NCBI GenBank assembly: GCA_903827265.1
Contig: CAIKHN010000019.1
Coordinates: 11,814 to 75,813 of the forward strand
Length of the DNA: 64,000 bases
Reading direction: 5' to 3'
From: Candidatus Uhrbacteria bacterium
Lineage (GTDB): Bacteria; Patescibacteriota; Patescibacteriia; UBA9934
Position numbers and translations under genes: made by a program. This document shows positions 30,936 through 40,647 of the stretch, one piece after another. The stretch's first letter is position 1, and the number at the start of each line of letters is the position of its first letter. The notes beneath the pieces are model-generated. The model had not been told where the DNA came from, searched no databases, and saw only the letters and a program-made list of their open reading frames with translations.

Positions 30936-31925
30936 GATGGGGTCAGGTCTTGAATCTTGAATTCTCAATTACGACAAAAATCTTCGATACCACGAAATCG
31001 TCTCCCGAATGCCGTCTTCGATCTCTACAGTCGACCGCCAGAACATCGCCTTTTGAATTGCCGACGTATCCAAACTCATACATTTTACAGCGTCTTTCAC
31101 CTCAGGCCGTGGTGTTGGACGAACATCTGTACCAATCTCTTTCGCGACCATGTCAAACAACGCGCTCGTCGAAACTTCGCGACCGGTCCCCACGTTGTAC
31201 ACACCCGTTTCCTTGCACGCCGACGCCGCAATAAGTGCGGCGACAACGTCGAGTACAAACACGTAATCTCGAGTTGTTGCGCCGTCACCATTAAGAAATG
31301 GAGCTTCGTTTCGCAAGAGCTTTTCCGTAAAAATCGCGATCGCGCCGGCCTCCTTATTTCCGTACTGCCGAGGGCCGTAGACATTCGCAAACCTCAGCGA
31401 CACCGCGTGAATACCATCGCGCGTGGCATATGAATCCAAATACGCTTCTGCAGCAAACTTTGAAATTCCGTATGGAGTTTGCGGTCTTGCCTTTGCTGAT
31501 TCGGCAATAGGCATGACGTCCTGGAGTCCATATGCAGCACAGCTCGACGCAAAAACAATAGACCGCACACCTGCACGTTTTGCTGATTCAAAAACGTTAA
31601 TCGAACCAAGCTCATTGTGCTCGGCATTCATCATTGGATCGAGGACTGATGCGCGATCGTCGATATGCGCAGCAAGATGAAAAACGATATTTGGCGCAAT
31701 ATCGGCAATAATGCTCTCGAGCTTCTTGTCTCGAATATCACAATCGATGTACGTCGCCTTTGCGTTTCGACGATCTGGCGTCGGATCGGAAAAATCGATG
31801 ACAGTGACGACGTCACCACGATCGACAAGCGCATCGACGAGATGAGAGCCGATAAATCCGGATCCTCCGGTAACGAGCGTTTTTTGCATATCCAATATTC
31901 AAGATTCAAGACCTGACCCCATCAT
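30934..31925. repeat. 29-bp perfect inverted repeat pair bracketing the epimerase gene
   Basis: ATGATGGGGTCAGGTCTTGAATCTTGAAT at 30934-30962 and its exact reverse complement at 31897-31925. Confidence 0.9.
30969..31889 (-). CDS. NAD-dependent epimerase/dehydratase (UDP-glucose 4-epimerase-like)
   Basis: LVTGGSGFIGSHL, FHLAA, YGISK, LRFANVYGPRQ, TRDYVFV. Confidence 0.93.
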   Translation of the reverse strand: MQKTLVTGGSGFIGSHLVDALVDRGDVVTVIDFSDPTPDRRNAKATYIDCDIRDKKLESIIADIAPNIVFHLAAHIDDRASVLDPMMNAEHNELGSINVFESAKRAGVRSIVFASSCAAYGLQDVMPIAESAKARPQTPYGISKFAAEAYLDSYATRDGIHAVSLRFANVYGPRQYGNKEAGAIAIFTEKLLRNEAPFLNGDGATTRDYVFVLDVVAALIAASACKETGVYNVGTGREVSTSALFDMVAKEIGTDVRPTPRPEVKDAVKCMSLDTSAIQKAMFWRSTVEIEDGIRETISWYRRFLS

Positions 31926-31929
31926 TACA

Positions 31930-33042
31930 TTACTGATTCCGCACCTGCGCATCTGATCGAAGGTACGCCTCAATGTACGGAAGCAATTCCCCGTCGAGCA
32001 CAGCGTCCGTGTCCGACGTTTCAACGTCGGTGCGATGATCCTTCACCATTTTATACGGATGGAGGACGTAGCTACGAATTTGGTTGCCCCACGCCGCAGT
32101 CTTATGCTCGCCCTTAATATCCGAAAGTTTCTCCGCGCGCGCCGTCACCATAAGCTGAAAGAGCTTGGCTTTCAGCACGTTTAACGCGGTTTCTTTATTC
32201 TGCAATTGCGATCGCTCATTCTGACAGCTTACCGAAATTCCTGTCGGCAGATGCGTCACGCGAACCGCGCTATACGTAGTGTTCACCGACTGCCCGCCCT
32301 TACCGGACGAAAGGAACGTATCGATGCGCACGTCGTCCATATCAAGTTCAACCGTCGCCGCGTCCATCGCGTCGAATTCTGGAAGAACCTCAACGAGCGC
32401 AAACGTCGTGTGACGCATTTTCTCGCCGTCGAATGGTGAAATGCGCACCAAGCGATGCACACCAGCTTCCGATCGGAGGAATCCGTATCCATAGCGGCCG
32501 CGTACCGCAATCGTGACGCTCTTGTACCCCGCCTCTTCTCCACGCGATTCATCGAGAATATCAACAGCGAATCCTTTTCGCTCCGCAAAACGCATGAACA
32601 TACGGAGCAGCATCGCCACCCAATCATTTGCGTCAGTACCGCCGGCACCAGCGTGAATAGAAAGAATAGCGTTCTTTTTGTCGTACTCTCCAGAAAAAAG
32701 CATCTGAAATTCCATAGCCATGAATCGTTCTTCAAGTTCAGCAACAAGACGATCGACTTCATGCTTATCCTCTGCGCTCCCTTCTGATTCCGCCATTACC
32801 ACAATGTCGCGCGCTTCAGCGATCTGTTTTCCAATTGCGTCCCATGCCTCGACTTCCTTCTTTAGATCTGCAGCCTCTTGCGCGACTTTTCTTGCTCGCT
32901 CTTGATCATTCCAAAATCCAGGATCACTCATGTCACCCTCAAGCTCAACCGCTCGAGCGCGAGATGCCTCAAGCCCAAGCGCCACAACCGCAAGGGCATG
33001 GCGCTCTGCAAGATTCTTGAGTTTATCGTCCAAGATTGACAT
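31930..33042 (-). CDS. prfB: Peptide chain release factor 2 (single continuous ORF)
   Basis: PGFWND, HAGAGGT, GVHRLVRISPFD (SPF motif), GKGGQ, WGNQIRSYVLHPYKMVKDHRT. Confidence 0.97.
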   Translation of the reverse strand: MSILDDKLKNLAERHALAVVALGLEASRARAVELEGDMSDPGFWNDQERARKVAQEAADLKKEVEAWDAIGKQIAEARDIVVMAESEGSAEDKHEVDRLVAELEERFMAMEFQMLFSGEYDKKNAILSIHAGAGGTDANDWVAMLLRMFMRFAERKGFAVDILDESRGEEAGYKSVTIAVRGRYGYGFLRSEAGVHRLVRISPFDGEKMRHTTFALVEVLPEFDAMDAATVELDMDDVRIDTFLSSGKGGQSVNTTYSAVRVTHLPTGISVSCQNERSQLQNKETALNVLKAKLFQLMVTARAEKLSDIKGEHKTAAWGNQIRSYVLHPYKMVKDHRTDVETSDTDAVLDGELLPYIEAYLRSDAQVRNQ

Positions 33043-33065
33043 GCGGAGATAGAATATCACTCTCG

Positions 33066-34697
33066 TTAGTACATGTCCCCCATCCCTCCCCCAGCGCCAG
33101 CACTTTCCTTTTCGATTTTTGGAATTTCGGTAATCGCAGCTTCAGTCGTAAGAATCATCACCGCAACCGATGCCGCATTCTGCAGTGCCGATCGCGTCAC
33201 CTTTGCAGGATCGATAATGCCGACCGCGACCATATCCACGTCCTTATCTTCTGCAGCGTCCCAGCCGTTATTTCCGACCATCGCCTTTACTCGCTCAACA
33301 ATCACGCCGCCTTCATGACCAGCGTTCTCTGCAATTTGACGAAGTGGCGATTCAATCGCGCGACGAAGGATTCCGAGACCCAACGCGGCATCCCTATCTT
33401 TATCGCTATCAAGAATCATTGCATCGAGAACGGTTCCCGCTCGCAACAACGCCACACCACCACCAGCAACAATCCCTTCTTCGATCGCAGCCTTTGTTGC
33501 CGCAACAGCATCCTCAATACGATGTTTCTTCTCTTTCATCTCCACCTCACTTGCTGCGCCGACCTTGATGACAGCAACACCACCGGAGATCTTTGCCATG
33601 CGCTCACGGAACTTTTCTTTATCAAAGTCGGAATCTGAATTCTCGAGCTGCGCCTTAATGTTCACAACACGGTCGGCGATTGCCGCCTTATCACCAGCGC
33701 CTTCCACAATTGTCGTCGTATCTTTTGTTGAAATAACACGGCGCGCATGACCAAGATCTGCAAGCTCGAGCGTCTCAAACTTCATGCCGGTTTCTGGAGC
33801 AATGAACTTTGCACCAGTCACAATCGCAATGTCCTCAAGCATCGCTTTCCGACGATCGCCGTACGCTGGCGCCTTAATTGCGAGCACGTTCAGTGCGCCA
33901 CGAAGCTTGTTCAACACAAGCGCGGTCATTGCTTCGCCCTCAACGTCTTCTGCAATAATCACGAGGTCTTTTCGGCCGGTACCGAGCAGCTTCTCGAGAA
34001 TCGGCATCAGCGCTTGCATGCTGTTAATTTTTTCGCTTGTTACAAGCACAGGAACGTCGTTATACACGGCTTCCATGCGCTCAGAATTCGTCACCATGTA
34101 TGGCGACACATATCCCTTATCAAACTGCATGCCCTCAACGACATCAACTTCGATTCCGAAAGACTGACCCTCTTCGACGGTGATGACGCCGTTCTCGCTG
34201 ACCTTCTTCATTGCCTCTGCGATCATCTTGCCGATCTCAGGATCGTTCGCAGAAATAGATGCAACTTGTTCAATAGCATTTCCATGTACCGGAGTTGAAA
34301 TCTCTGCGATCTTTTTCACAATCGCTTCAACGCCCCTCTCGATTCCTCGTCGAAGCGCCTGAGAATTCACTCCAGCCGAAACTACGCGCAAGCCTTCCGC
34401 AATAATTGACTGCGCAAGGACGACGGCAGTTGTTGTTCCGTCACCGGCAACGTCGTTTGTTTTGCTTGCAGCTTCTTTAACGAGCGTTGCGCCAAGATTT
34501 TCAAGCTTATCGGCGAGCTCAACTTCCTTTGCGACAGACACGCCATCTTTTGTGACCATTGGCGAACCAAAACCACGATCGATAATGACTGTTCGTCCGC
34601 GTGGACCCATCGTCACCTTCACCGCGTTTGCCAACTGATCTGCGCCGTCTTTCATTTTCTTCCGAGCATCATCACTAAATACAATATTCTTTGCCAT
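33066..34697 (-). CDS. groL: Chaperonin GroEL
   Basis: [40 protein letters not shown] tail. Confidence 0.99.
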   Translation of the reverse strand: MAKNIVFSDDARKKMKDGADQLANAVKVTMGPRGRTVIIDRGFGSPMVTKDGVSVAKEVELADKLENLGATLVKEAASKTNDVAGDGTTTAVVLAQSIIAEGLRVVSAGVNSQALRRGIERGVEAIVKKIAEISTPVHGNAIEQVASISANDPEIGKMIAEAMKKVSENGVITVEEGQSFGIEVDVVEGMQFDKGYVSPYMVTNSERMEAVYNDVPVLVTSEKINSMQALMPILEKLLGTGRKDLVIIAEDVEGEAMTALVLNKLRGALNVLAIKAPAYGDRRKAMLEDIAIVTGAKFIAPETGMKFETLELADLGHARRVISTKDTTTIVEGAGDKAAIADRVVNIKAQLENSDSDFDKEKFRERMAKISGGVAVIKVGAASEVEMKEKKHRIEDAVAATKAAIEEGIVAGGGVALLRAGTVLDAMILDSDKDRDAALGLGILRRAIESPLRQIAENAGHEGGVIVERVKAMVGNNGWDAAEDKDVDMVAVGIIDPAKVTRSALQNAASVAVMILTTEAAITEIPKIEKESAGAGGGMGDMY

Positions 34698-34701
34698 AAG
34701 G

Positions 34702-34986
34702 TTATTCGATAACGGCAGTAATGTCGTCGACGGAAACAATCAAGTATGTTTTGTTTTCGAGCTTCACCTCGTCTGGCGCGTATTGTTTAAACACCACAAT
34801 GTCGCCAATATTTACCTCAATCGGCTGACGATCTCCTTTCTCGAGTTTTCCTGGACCAACGGCGATCACTACGCCCTGACCCTGGCGCTTTTCACCCGCG
34901 TCAGGAAGATAAATCCCCGATGCTGTTTTTGTTTCTCTTTCCTGTGGCTCAACAATGATATGACCTCCAAGTGGGCGAAGTTTCAT
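34702..34986 (-). CDS. groS: Co-chaperonin GroES
   Basis: MKLRPLG, KTASGIYLPD, VIAVGPG. Confidence 0.98.
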   Translation of the reverse strand: MKLRPLGGHIIVEPQERETKTASGIYLPDAGEKRQGQGVVIAVGPGKLEKGDRQPIEVNIGDIVVFKQYAPDEVKLENKTYLIVSVDDITAVIE

Positions 34987-35030
34987 AGAGAAAAATGTGA
35001 AATCTTAACGTGCGCTAGCTTACCTTAATA

Positions 35031-35067
35031 CCCTCCCCCTTTCAAAGGGGGAGTCGGAGGGGGTTGG
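35031..35067. repeat. G/C-run palindromic element, intergenic copy (same family as the valS insertions)
   Basis: CCCTCCCCCTTTCAAAGGGGGAGTCGGAGGGGGTTGG; its reverse complement aligns with 50824-50860. Confidence 0.8.
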
Positions 35068-35329
35068 AGCCACAGGAATCTGACCCGATTCTTTGAAAAG
35101 GTCGTGACGGAATCGGAAACTGATCAGCCGAGTGGGAGATCCTCATTTTTGGAGGGCGCATGTCGTTTTTTCGACGTTTAAAACTTCGCATTACGTTGCG
35201 ATCTGAACCGAAAATTGACGAATCGTGATTTCGAATTCGAAAAATGCACCATCGCCAATCGCGCAAATCACTAAAATCGAACACCCCTACTCCCGGCTTT
35301 CGGCTTTCCCCTCATAACCATTCCAAGAA

Positions 35330-36643
35330 TCAGACCTGATCCGTCTCCCCCATTCTCATCATCATCGCCGATACAAACGCGATGAGTGCAAGACCAGACC
35401 ATGACGACCAGAGATAGTGATCAAAGAAACAAATCATGAGTATAACGTTTCCCATGCCAAATGCGTACAACGCATCGCGATGCGGGAATCGAGAAACGTT
35501 CGTCCATACAACATTCACCGCCCAACACAATGCCGCCACAAGACCAAGAAGCCCGAGCTCAGCAAGAATCAATAAAAATACATTGTGTACCGGTTGGTAA
35601 TCGAATGCATTCTTGCCGGGCTGAGTGTCAGAAAATGACAACACATACGAACCGAGTCCGCGGCCAACAAGAGGATTCGTTGCCGCCATAAATGGAACAA
35701 AATCCTCATACAATGCAACGCGCTCAATAAGAGAGCGTTCCTCGTTTACGCCACCACCGCGAATGCTCGATGCAAGATCGGTAAGATAAAATGACGCAAA
35801 AAGCGAACCAAACACGGCAATCATTCCGAGTATTGCCGCAACTGGACGAGCAATCTTCATGGAAGGAATCGACTTCACAACAAAGACCAACGTGAGCCCT
35901 ACAAACAACCCGAGGAATGCTGATCGCGATCCGGTAAGGAGCATCCCGAACATAAGAATAATCGTACCAATGCTTGTGAAGATGACGTGCTTCCGTTTTG
36001 TCCATTCACGTCGGACACTTGCCATTACGCCCCACCATGCGAAGAGCGCAACGCCAAGAAAACCACCAAAAACGTTTGGATGCGGGAAAGTTCCATACGC
36101 CCGAAGCACCCGTTCGCCATTCACCGTAAACACAGCGTCGCCGAGTTGCGCGGCATCACGAAATGCAAGACCAAACCACGAACTCGCAGGTGATGACCCT
36201 CCAAATACTTGAATAACACTCAGCGCCAGCGGAGCAAGTAGTGAAAGGACAAATGCGTAAAGTACGTGTCTCACGCTGACGCGATCAAGAAGAAGCGCAA
36301 AAAACACCATGAAAGCAAACAGGATATGCGCCGTCATTGCGAGTGAAAATACCGATCGATCCGCGAACGCCGTCCCGAGAACCGCAACAACGCAAACAAT
36401 TGCGCCCAATCGAACCGCAAGCTGATGCTTCTGCTGAATCGTAAACCATTTTCGGTCGAGAAGACTTCCGCCGATGACCGCGACCGCAAGAAGAACTTCC
36501 ACCGCGTACAGACTCATTACGCCAAACTCCGTGTGCGTTCCCGCAATCTGCGCCTCGCTATACATCCATCGCGTTTGCCAAGGCAGGAGAAAGATCACTA
36601 CCGAGAGAAACAGTGTCGTCCAATTGGGAAAGAAGCGATTCAT
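35330..36643 (-). CDS. O-antigen ligase (Wzy_C) family membrane protein
   Basis: Multiple TM segments; LRAYGTFPHPNVFGG, LLTGSRSA, GRGLGSY, PVHNVFLLILAELG, FDHY. Confidence 0.9.
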   Translation of the reverse strand: MNRFFPNWTTLFLSVVIFLLPWQTRWMYSEAQIAGTHTEFGVMSLYAVEVLLAVAVIGGSLLDRKWFTIQQKHQLAVRLGAIVCVVAVLGTAFADRSVFSLAMTAHILFAFMVFFALLLDRVSVRHVLYAFVLSLLAPLALSVIQVFGGSSPASSWFGLAFRDAAQLGDAVFTVNGERVLRAYGTFPHPNVFGGFLGVALFAWWGVMASVRREWTKRKHVIFTSIGTIILMFGMLLTGSRSAFLGLFVGLTLVFVVKSIPSMKIARPVAAILGMIAVFGSLFASFYLTDLASSIRGGGVNEERSLIERVALYEDFVPFMAATNPLVGRGLGSYVLSFSDTQPGKNAFDYQPVHNVFLLILAELGLLGLVAALCWAVNVVWTNVSRFPHRDALYAFGMGNVILMICFFDHYLWSSWSGLALIAFVSAMMMRMGETDQV

Positions 36644-37511
36644 ACGCCTGAAGGATTTCGTGACGACGATCATTATGATGAAATTTTAACATGCTATCCG
36701 TTACAACAACTCGAGTATCCGCATTCATCATTGTTCGAAGATTTAGCGGGAATCGCGCACGCTGCATGCGTTCAGCAATGCGCTCGATGCCACGAACATT
36801 CGGCAGTACACACACTCCCTCAACGCGATACGCCTGTGCGCGAAGCACGCTACGTGCATGCGGAAGCGTAGGGCGCATCCATCCGTTTGCTGCACGAAGT
36901 TTTGAAAGAATGTCGCTACGATCGAGTATCGGCGAGAGTGTTGCGAGCCAAAATAGAAAGTATGGATCGTCTGAACCAATTTTTACCGCCGATAAATCTA
37001 ACCGGTCATCTGCAACAAAAAAGCTTAAGCACATTGGGTCTTTTGCGCGTTCACCTGGGCGCGCATGCATGAGCGCAAGCGCCCCGGCGAGAAGCAACCG
37101 CGTCGACCAAATTCCGCCGCGAGATGTCACGATAAACACATCAATATCGCTCTCTGCATTCGTAAAAGAAAATGCGAGCGAATTACACACCGCGATCATC
37201 TTCACCCACGGAAGCCATGATGCTATCCGTACAAACCATTGTGCACGTCGAGACTTTCGCAGCGCGTCCCCCACTCGAGTAATGCGTTCCGTTCGCCACA
37301 CACAAGTATTGCCAAGAGCAAAAAATCCCTGATCCTGAACGCATCCGTGTTTCTGAAGCCACAAAGACGACGTTAACACGCCATCAATATCCACGAGCGT
37401 TGCTCCCGGAAGATCGCACCATTTCCACACCTCAAGCGCCGTCAGCGGGAACTGAAAAAATGCAAAATACGCCAATACCCGAAACGCCGACTGTTCGATT
37501 GGCGTCGGCAT
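36558..37511 (-). CDS. Conserved CPR protein with nucleotidyltransferase-like motif
   Basis: LAYFAFFQFPLT..E, PWVKMIAVCNSLA..SDIDVFIV, CLSFFV, LKFH..D.R; overlaps the start of the next gene. Confidence 0.75.
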   Translation of the reverse strand: MPTPIEQSAFRVLAYFAFFQFPLTALEVWKWCDLPGATLVDIDGVLTSSLWLQKHGCVQDQGFFALGNTCVWRTERITRVGDALRKSRRAQWFVRIASWLPWVKMIAVCNSLAFSFTNAESDIDVFIVTSRGGIWSTRLLLAGALALMHARPGERAKDPMCLSFFVADDRLDLSAVKIGSDDPYFLFWLATLSPILDRSDILSKLRAANGWMRPTLPHARSVLRAQAYRVEGVCVLPNVRGIERIAERMQRARFPLNLRTMMNADTRVVVTDSMLKFHHNDRRHEILQAYESLLSQLDDTVSLGSDLSPALANAMDV

Positions 37512-37514
37512 ACA

Positions 37515-38528
37515 TTACCGTATTTTCTTGAGTACCCATCCGGATCCTGTACGAATCATGTGGAATACTCCAAAGAGAATAAACACGGCATCGCGCAAAC
37601 GGATCATCAGTGCAAATGCTAGTGCGTCCATTGGAACGCCGAGCGCTGCAAAAACCGCAGTAAATCCGCCCTCAAAGATTCCAAGACCGCCAGGAACCGG
37701 AAGAATCAGCGCGAGCCCCGGAAGCGAGCTTGCAAGAAATGCTTGAGCAAAGTTGAGCGTTACGCCAAAACCCCACGCAATATAAAGCGTCTCCACGACA
37801 CGAAACGCTACCATCGCCATGGAAAGCGCCGAGATCCCAAGAACCACGAGCCCTCCGCCAGCAAAAAAACCACGCATTAAGTCCTCTGTCTCCTCGAGCC
37901 AGTGTTCGACGCCACGGAAACGCTTCACGCGATCAAGTCGCAAACGGTGAAATAACGGTTTTGCCATTGGCTTCCCTCGGCCAAGTGCCGTGAAAAATGC
38001 GAGCAACAAACTAAACGCAATCGCCAAACCCACGGCCATAACCCACAACGTTCCAGCTCCGCCCTGATGCTCGACCAGCGCAAAAATCACGCCAAGCGCA
38101 ATAAAGACTACGTACGAACACAGTTCAAACGCAATATCGAGGGTTGCCGATGCAACAGCGCTCTTTCCTGGAACGCCGTCGGCCATTAACAGCGCAACAC
38201 GAACAGGCTCGCCGCCAGCTTGATTGAGAGGCGTCAGGTAGCCAACGGCGTATCCCGTCATGCGGTGCCAGTACATGCGCCAAATAGAAAGCCTGTGCTT
38301 CTTCTCCGTCACCTGACGATGAAGAATAATCGTCCACCGTAAGCTGTAGAGCGTGAAGTTCAGCATTGAGATGCCAACAAGACCAACAAATGGCCACGCG
38401 CCAAACGTGCTCATGTTTTGCAGGACGTTTGCCCAACCTTCTTTTGCAAGAAGTGTGTACAAGAGCCCAACGCCAAGGAAACCACTCGCAAGAATCCCGA
38501 GAAGACGCCACGGAACACGTTTGGCCAT
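37515..38528 (-). CDS. LPG-synthase TM / UPF0104 flippase-like membrane protein
   Basis: LRW, LTPLNQAGGEPVR, PVPGGLGIFEG motifs; multiple TM segments. Confidence 0.85.
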   Translation of the reverse strand: MAKRVPWRLLGILASGFLGVGLLYTLLAKEGWANVLQNMSTFGAWPFVGLVGISMLNFTLYSLRWTIILHRQVTEKKHRLSIWRMYWHRMTGYAVGYLTPLNQAGGEPVRVALLMADGVPGKSAVASATLDIAFELCSYVVFIALGVIFALVEHQGGAGTLWVMAVGLAIAFSLLLAFFTALGRGKPMAKPLFHRLRLDRVKRFRGVEHWLEETEDLMRGFFAGGGLVVLGISALSMAMVAFRVVETLYIAWGFGVTLNFAQAFLASSLPGLALILPVPGGLGIFEGGFTAVFAALGVPMDALAFALMIRLRDAVFILFGVFHMIRTGSGWVLKKIR

Positions 38529-38545
38529 AATGCTGGCATTGTACC

Positions 38546-39277
38546 TTACTCAAGCGAACTCTTCTTTGGACTCAAGAATAGGGCGTACATTGCGTAGGTA
38601 AACGCGGTGCTCACAAAAATATAGAGCGTAACGCCGCCAACGAGCGTAGTGACACCAAGCACAAGCATCATGACTGGAAGCAAATACACCATCATCTTGT
38701 TCATGGTTGCTGTCATGTCTTCATCGAGTGCAGGACTTGAACCGCGAACCGCAGCAGGTGGACGACGAGTAATCATTTGCTTTGCCTGGAAGTACTGACA
38801 CACCGCGGAAAGCACCGCGAGTGGAATAGAAACTTTTCCGAGATCGATTCCCAAAAAGATTGGCGACATCGTCCCAGGATTCGATACAAAGCCGTAGAGA
38901 ATCGTCGGATCGATCGTGTGAATACCAGCAGCAAGCGCACGATACAGCGCAATGAAGACGAAGAGCTGCACGATTGTCGGCAAGCATGATGCAAATGGAT
39001 TCACGTTGTGTACTTTGTATACACTCATGAGTTCCTTTGCCATGGTTTCTTTGTCGTCCTTGTATTTCTCCTTAATCTCTGCAATTTTCGGCTGAATATC
39101 TTGAAGCTCCTTCTGCGCCTTCATCGACTTGTATGTGAGTGGCAACACGGCGCCCTTCACAAGAATCGTCATGGCGATAATCGAAAGACCAAGTCCGCCC
39201 CACGGAGCGATGTCGTAAATGAATACGAGCAAGTTATAGAGCGGCTGATACAGAATAGTGAAGAAGAAAGAAGCCAT
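38546..39277 (-). CDS. yidC: Membrane protein insertase YidC/Oxa1 (short form)
   Basis: GLSIIAMTILVK, IQPKIAEIKEKYK, VNPFASCLPTIVQL. Confidence 0.93.
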   Translation of the reverse strand: MASFFFTILYQPLYNLLVFIYDIAPWGGLGLSIIAMTILVKGAVLPLTYKSMKAQKELQDIQPKIAEIKEKYKDDKETMAKELMSVYKVHNVNPFASCLPTIVQLFVFIALYRALAAGIHTIDPTILYGFVSNPGTMSPIFLGIDLGKVSIPLAVLSAVCQYFQAKQMITRRPPAAVRGSSPALDEDMTATMNKMMVYLLPVMMLVLGVTTLVGGVTLYIFVSTAFTYAMYALFLSPKKSSLE

Positions 39278-39279
39278 AG

Positions 39280-40506
39280 TTATTCAGCAACAACTGAAGA
39301 CTCGACTGAATCGTCAGCAGGAACTTCAACCGGAGCAACAGCGCCGTCTGCCTGACGTTCCTGAATATTCACTTTCCATCCGGTCAACTTTGCCGCCAGG
39401 CGCACGTTCTGGCCGCCTCGGCCAATCGCGAGCGACAACTGATCGCTTGGAACCACAACGATTGCTGCGTGCTCTGTTTCATCCAGGTTCACCTCGAGAA
39501 CCTTTGCTGGAGAAAGCGAGTGCGTAATAAGCTCTCGAGCATTTTCGCTCCACTGAATAATGTCGATCTTCTCACCAGAAAGTTCGCTGGTAATGGTCTG
39601 AATACGGCTTCCACGCTGACCAATACATGCACCGATTGGATCGATTCCTGCATCAGTTGATGCGACGGCAATTTTTGTACGAGCACCTGCCTCACGAGCA
39701 ATCGCCTTAATAACCACCGTGCCTTCCGCAACTTCTGGGATTTCAACCATGAACAACTTTCGAACAAGCTCTTCGCTCGTTCGAGAAAGCAAAATCTGCG
39801 CACCGCGAGCACCAAGCGACACTTCGCGAACATAAAATTTCAATCGATCGCCCGAACGATATCGCTCTGTTGGCATCGCATCTTCCGGTTTGATGATTCC
39901 TGCAGTACGCCCAATATCGACAAGAATAATGCGACCTTCACGACGCTGAACTGTTCCAACGATCACATCACCTTCAACGCCTTTAAACTCATTGAAGATA
40001 ATTTCACGCTCTGCTTCACGAAGCTTTTGCGTAATAACCTGTTTTGCAGTCATTGCCGCCATTCGACCAAACTCCACAGCCTGCGGAAGCTCTGTACGCA
40101 ACACATCTCCAACCTTCGCGCCCATTTTCATGAGCTGCGCATCAGAAATCATGATGTCGGTCTTTGGATTGAATTTTGGTGCAATTTCGTCCACCGGCGC
40201 TTCCGTTGGTGGCATAAAGTCTCCCAAAGCCTTCATTGCTTCGCGACGAGCCGATTCCTCTGCCTCAATCTTCTTCACCTCTTCCATTTCCTCTGGAGTA
40301 ATGTCCGCAACCACCGTTTTCACATCGAAAATTCTGGCCAAGCCAGTTTCTGTATCAAACTTCGCCTCAAGATTGTGATACTTGTCGCCAAAATCCTTGC
40401 GGTACGCCGCCGCCAATGCAGATTCGATCGTTGCCATGACACTTTCGTAACTCAAGCCTTTCTCGTCACAAATCTGACGCATCGCTAACTCGATTGCACT
40501 TGCCAT
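39280..40506 (-). CDS. nusA: Transcription factor NusA
   Basis: FGRMAAMTAKQVITQK, LSRT, EIPEV, AREAGARTK, GACIGQRGSR, SLAIGRGGQNVRLAAKLTGW. Confidence 0.98.
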   Translation of the reverse strand: MASAIELAMRQICDEKGLSYESVMATIESALAAAYRKDFGDKYHNLEAKFDTETGLARIFDVKTVVADITPEEMEEVKKIEAEESARREAMKALGDFMPPTEAPVDEIAPKFNPKTDIMISDAQLMKMGAKVGDVLRTELPQAVEFGRMAAMTAKQVITQKLREAEREIIFNEFKGVEGDVIVGTVQRREGRIILVDIGRTAGIIKPEDAMPTERYRSGDRLKFYVREVSLGARGAQILLSRTSEELVRKLFMVEIPEVAEGTVVIKAIAREAGARTKIAVASTDAGIDPIGACIGQRGSRIQTITSELSGEKIDIIQWSENARELITHSLSPAKVLEVNLDETEHAAIVVVPSDQLSLAIGRGGQNVRLAAKLTGWKVNIQERQADGAVAPVEVPADDSVESSVVAE

Positions 40507-40533
40507 AAAAGATTGTTCTTCAATTGTTTAAGA

Positions 40534-40562
40534 TGAAAACCTGGCATTTCGGCCAGGTTTCA
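40534..40562 (-). promoter_or_regulatory. Terminator-like hairpin in the nusA 5' leader
   Basis: Minus strand TGAAACCTGGC-CGAAAT-GCCAGGTTTTCA, lying between a TGGTATCCT extended -10 and the nusA ATG. Confidence 0.55.
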
Positions 40563-40647
40563 ACATGGAAAAAGGATACCACAGCCCGATCGACTACGCA
40601 ATATTTGTCGCGATTTTATGCGGAAGGATTTCTTCGAACCGGGCTAC

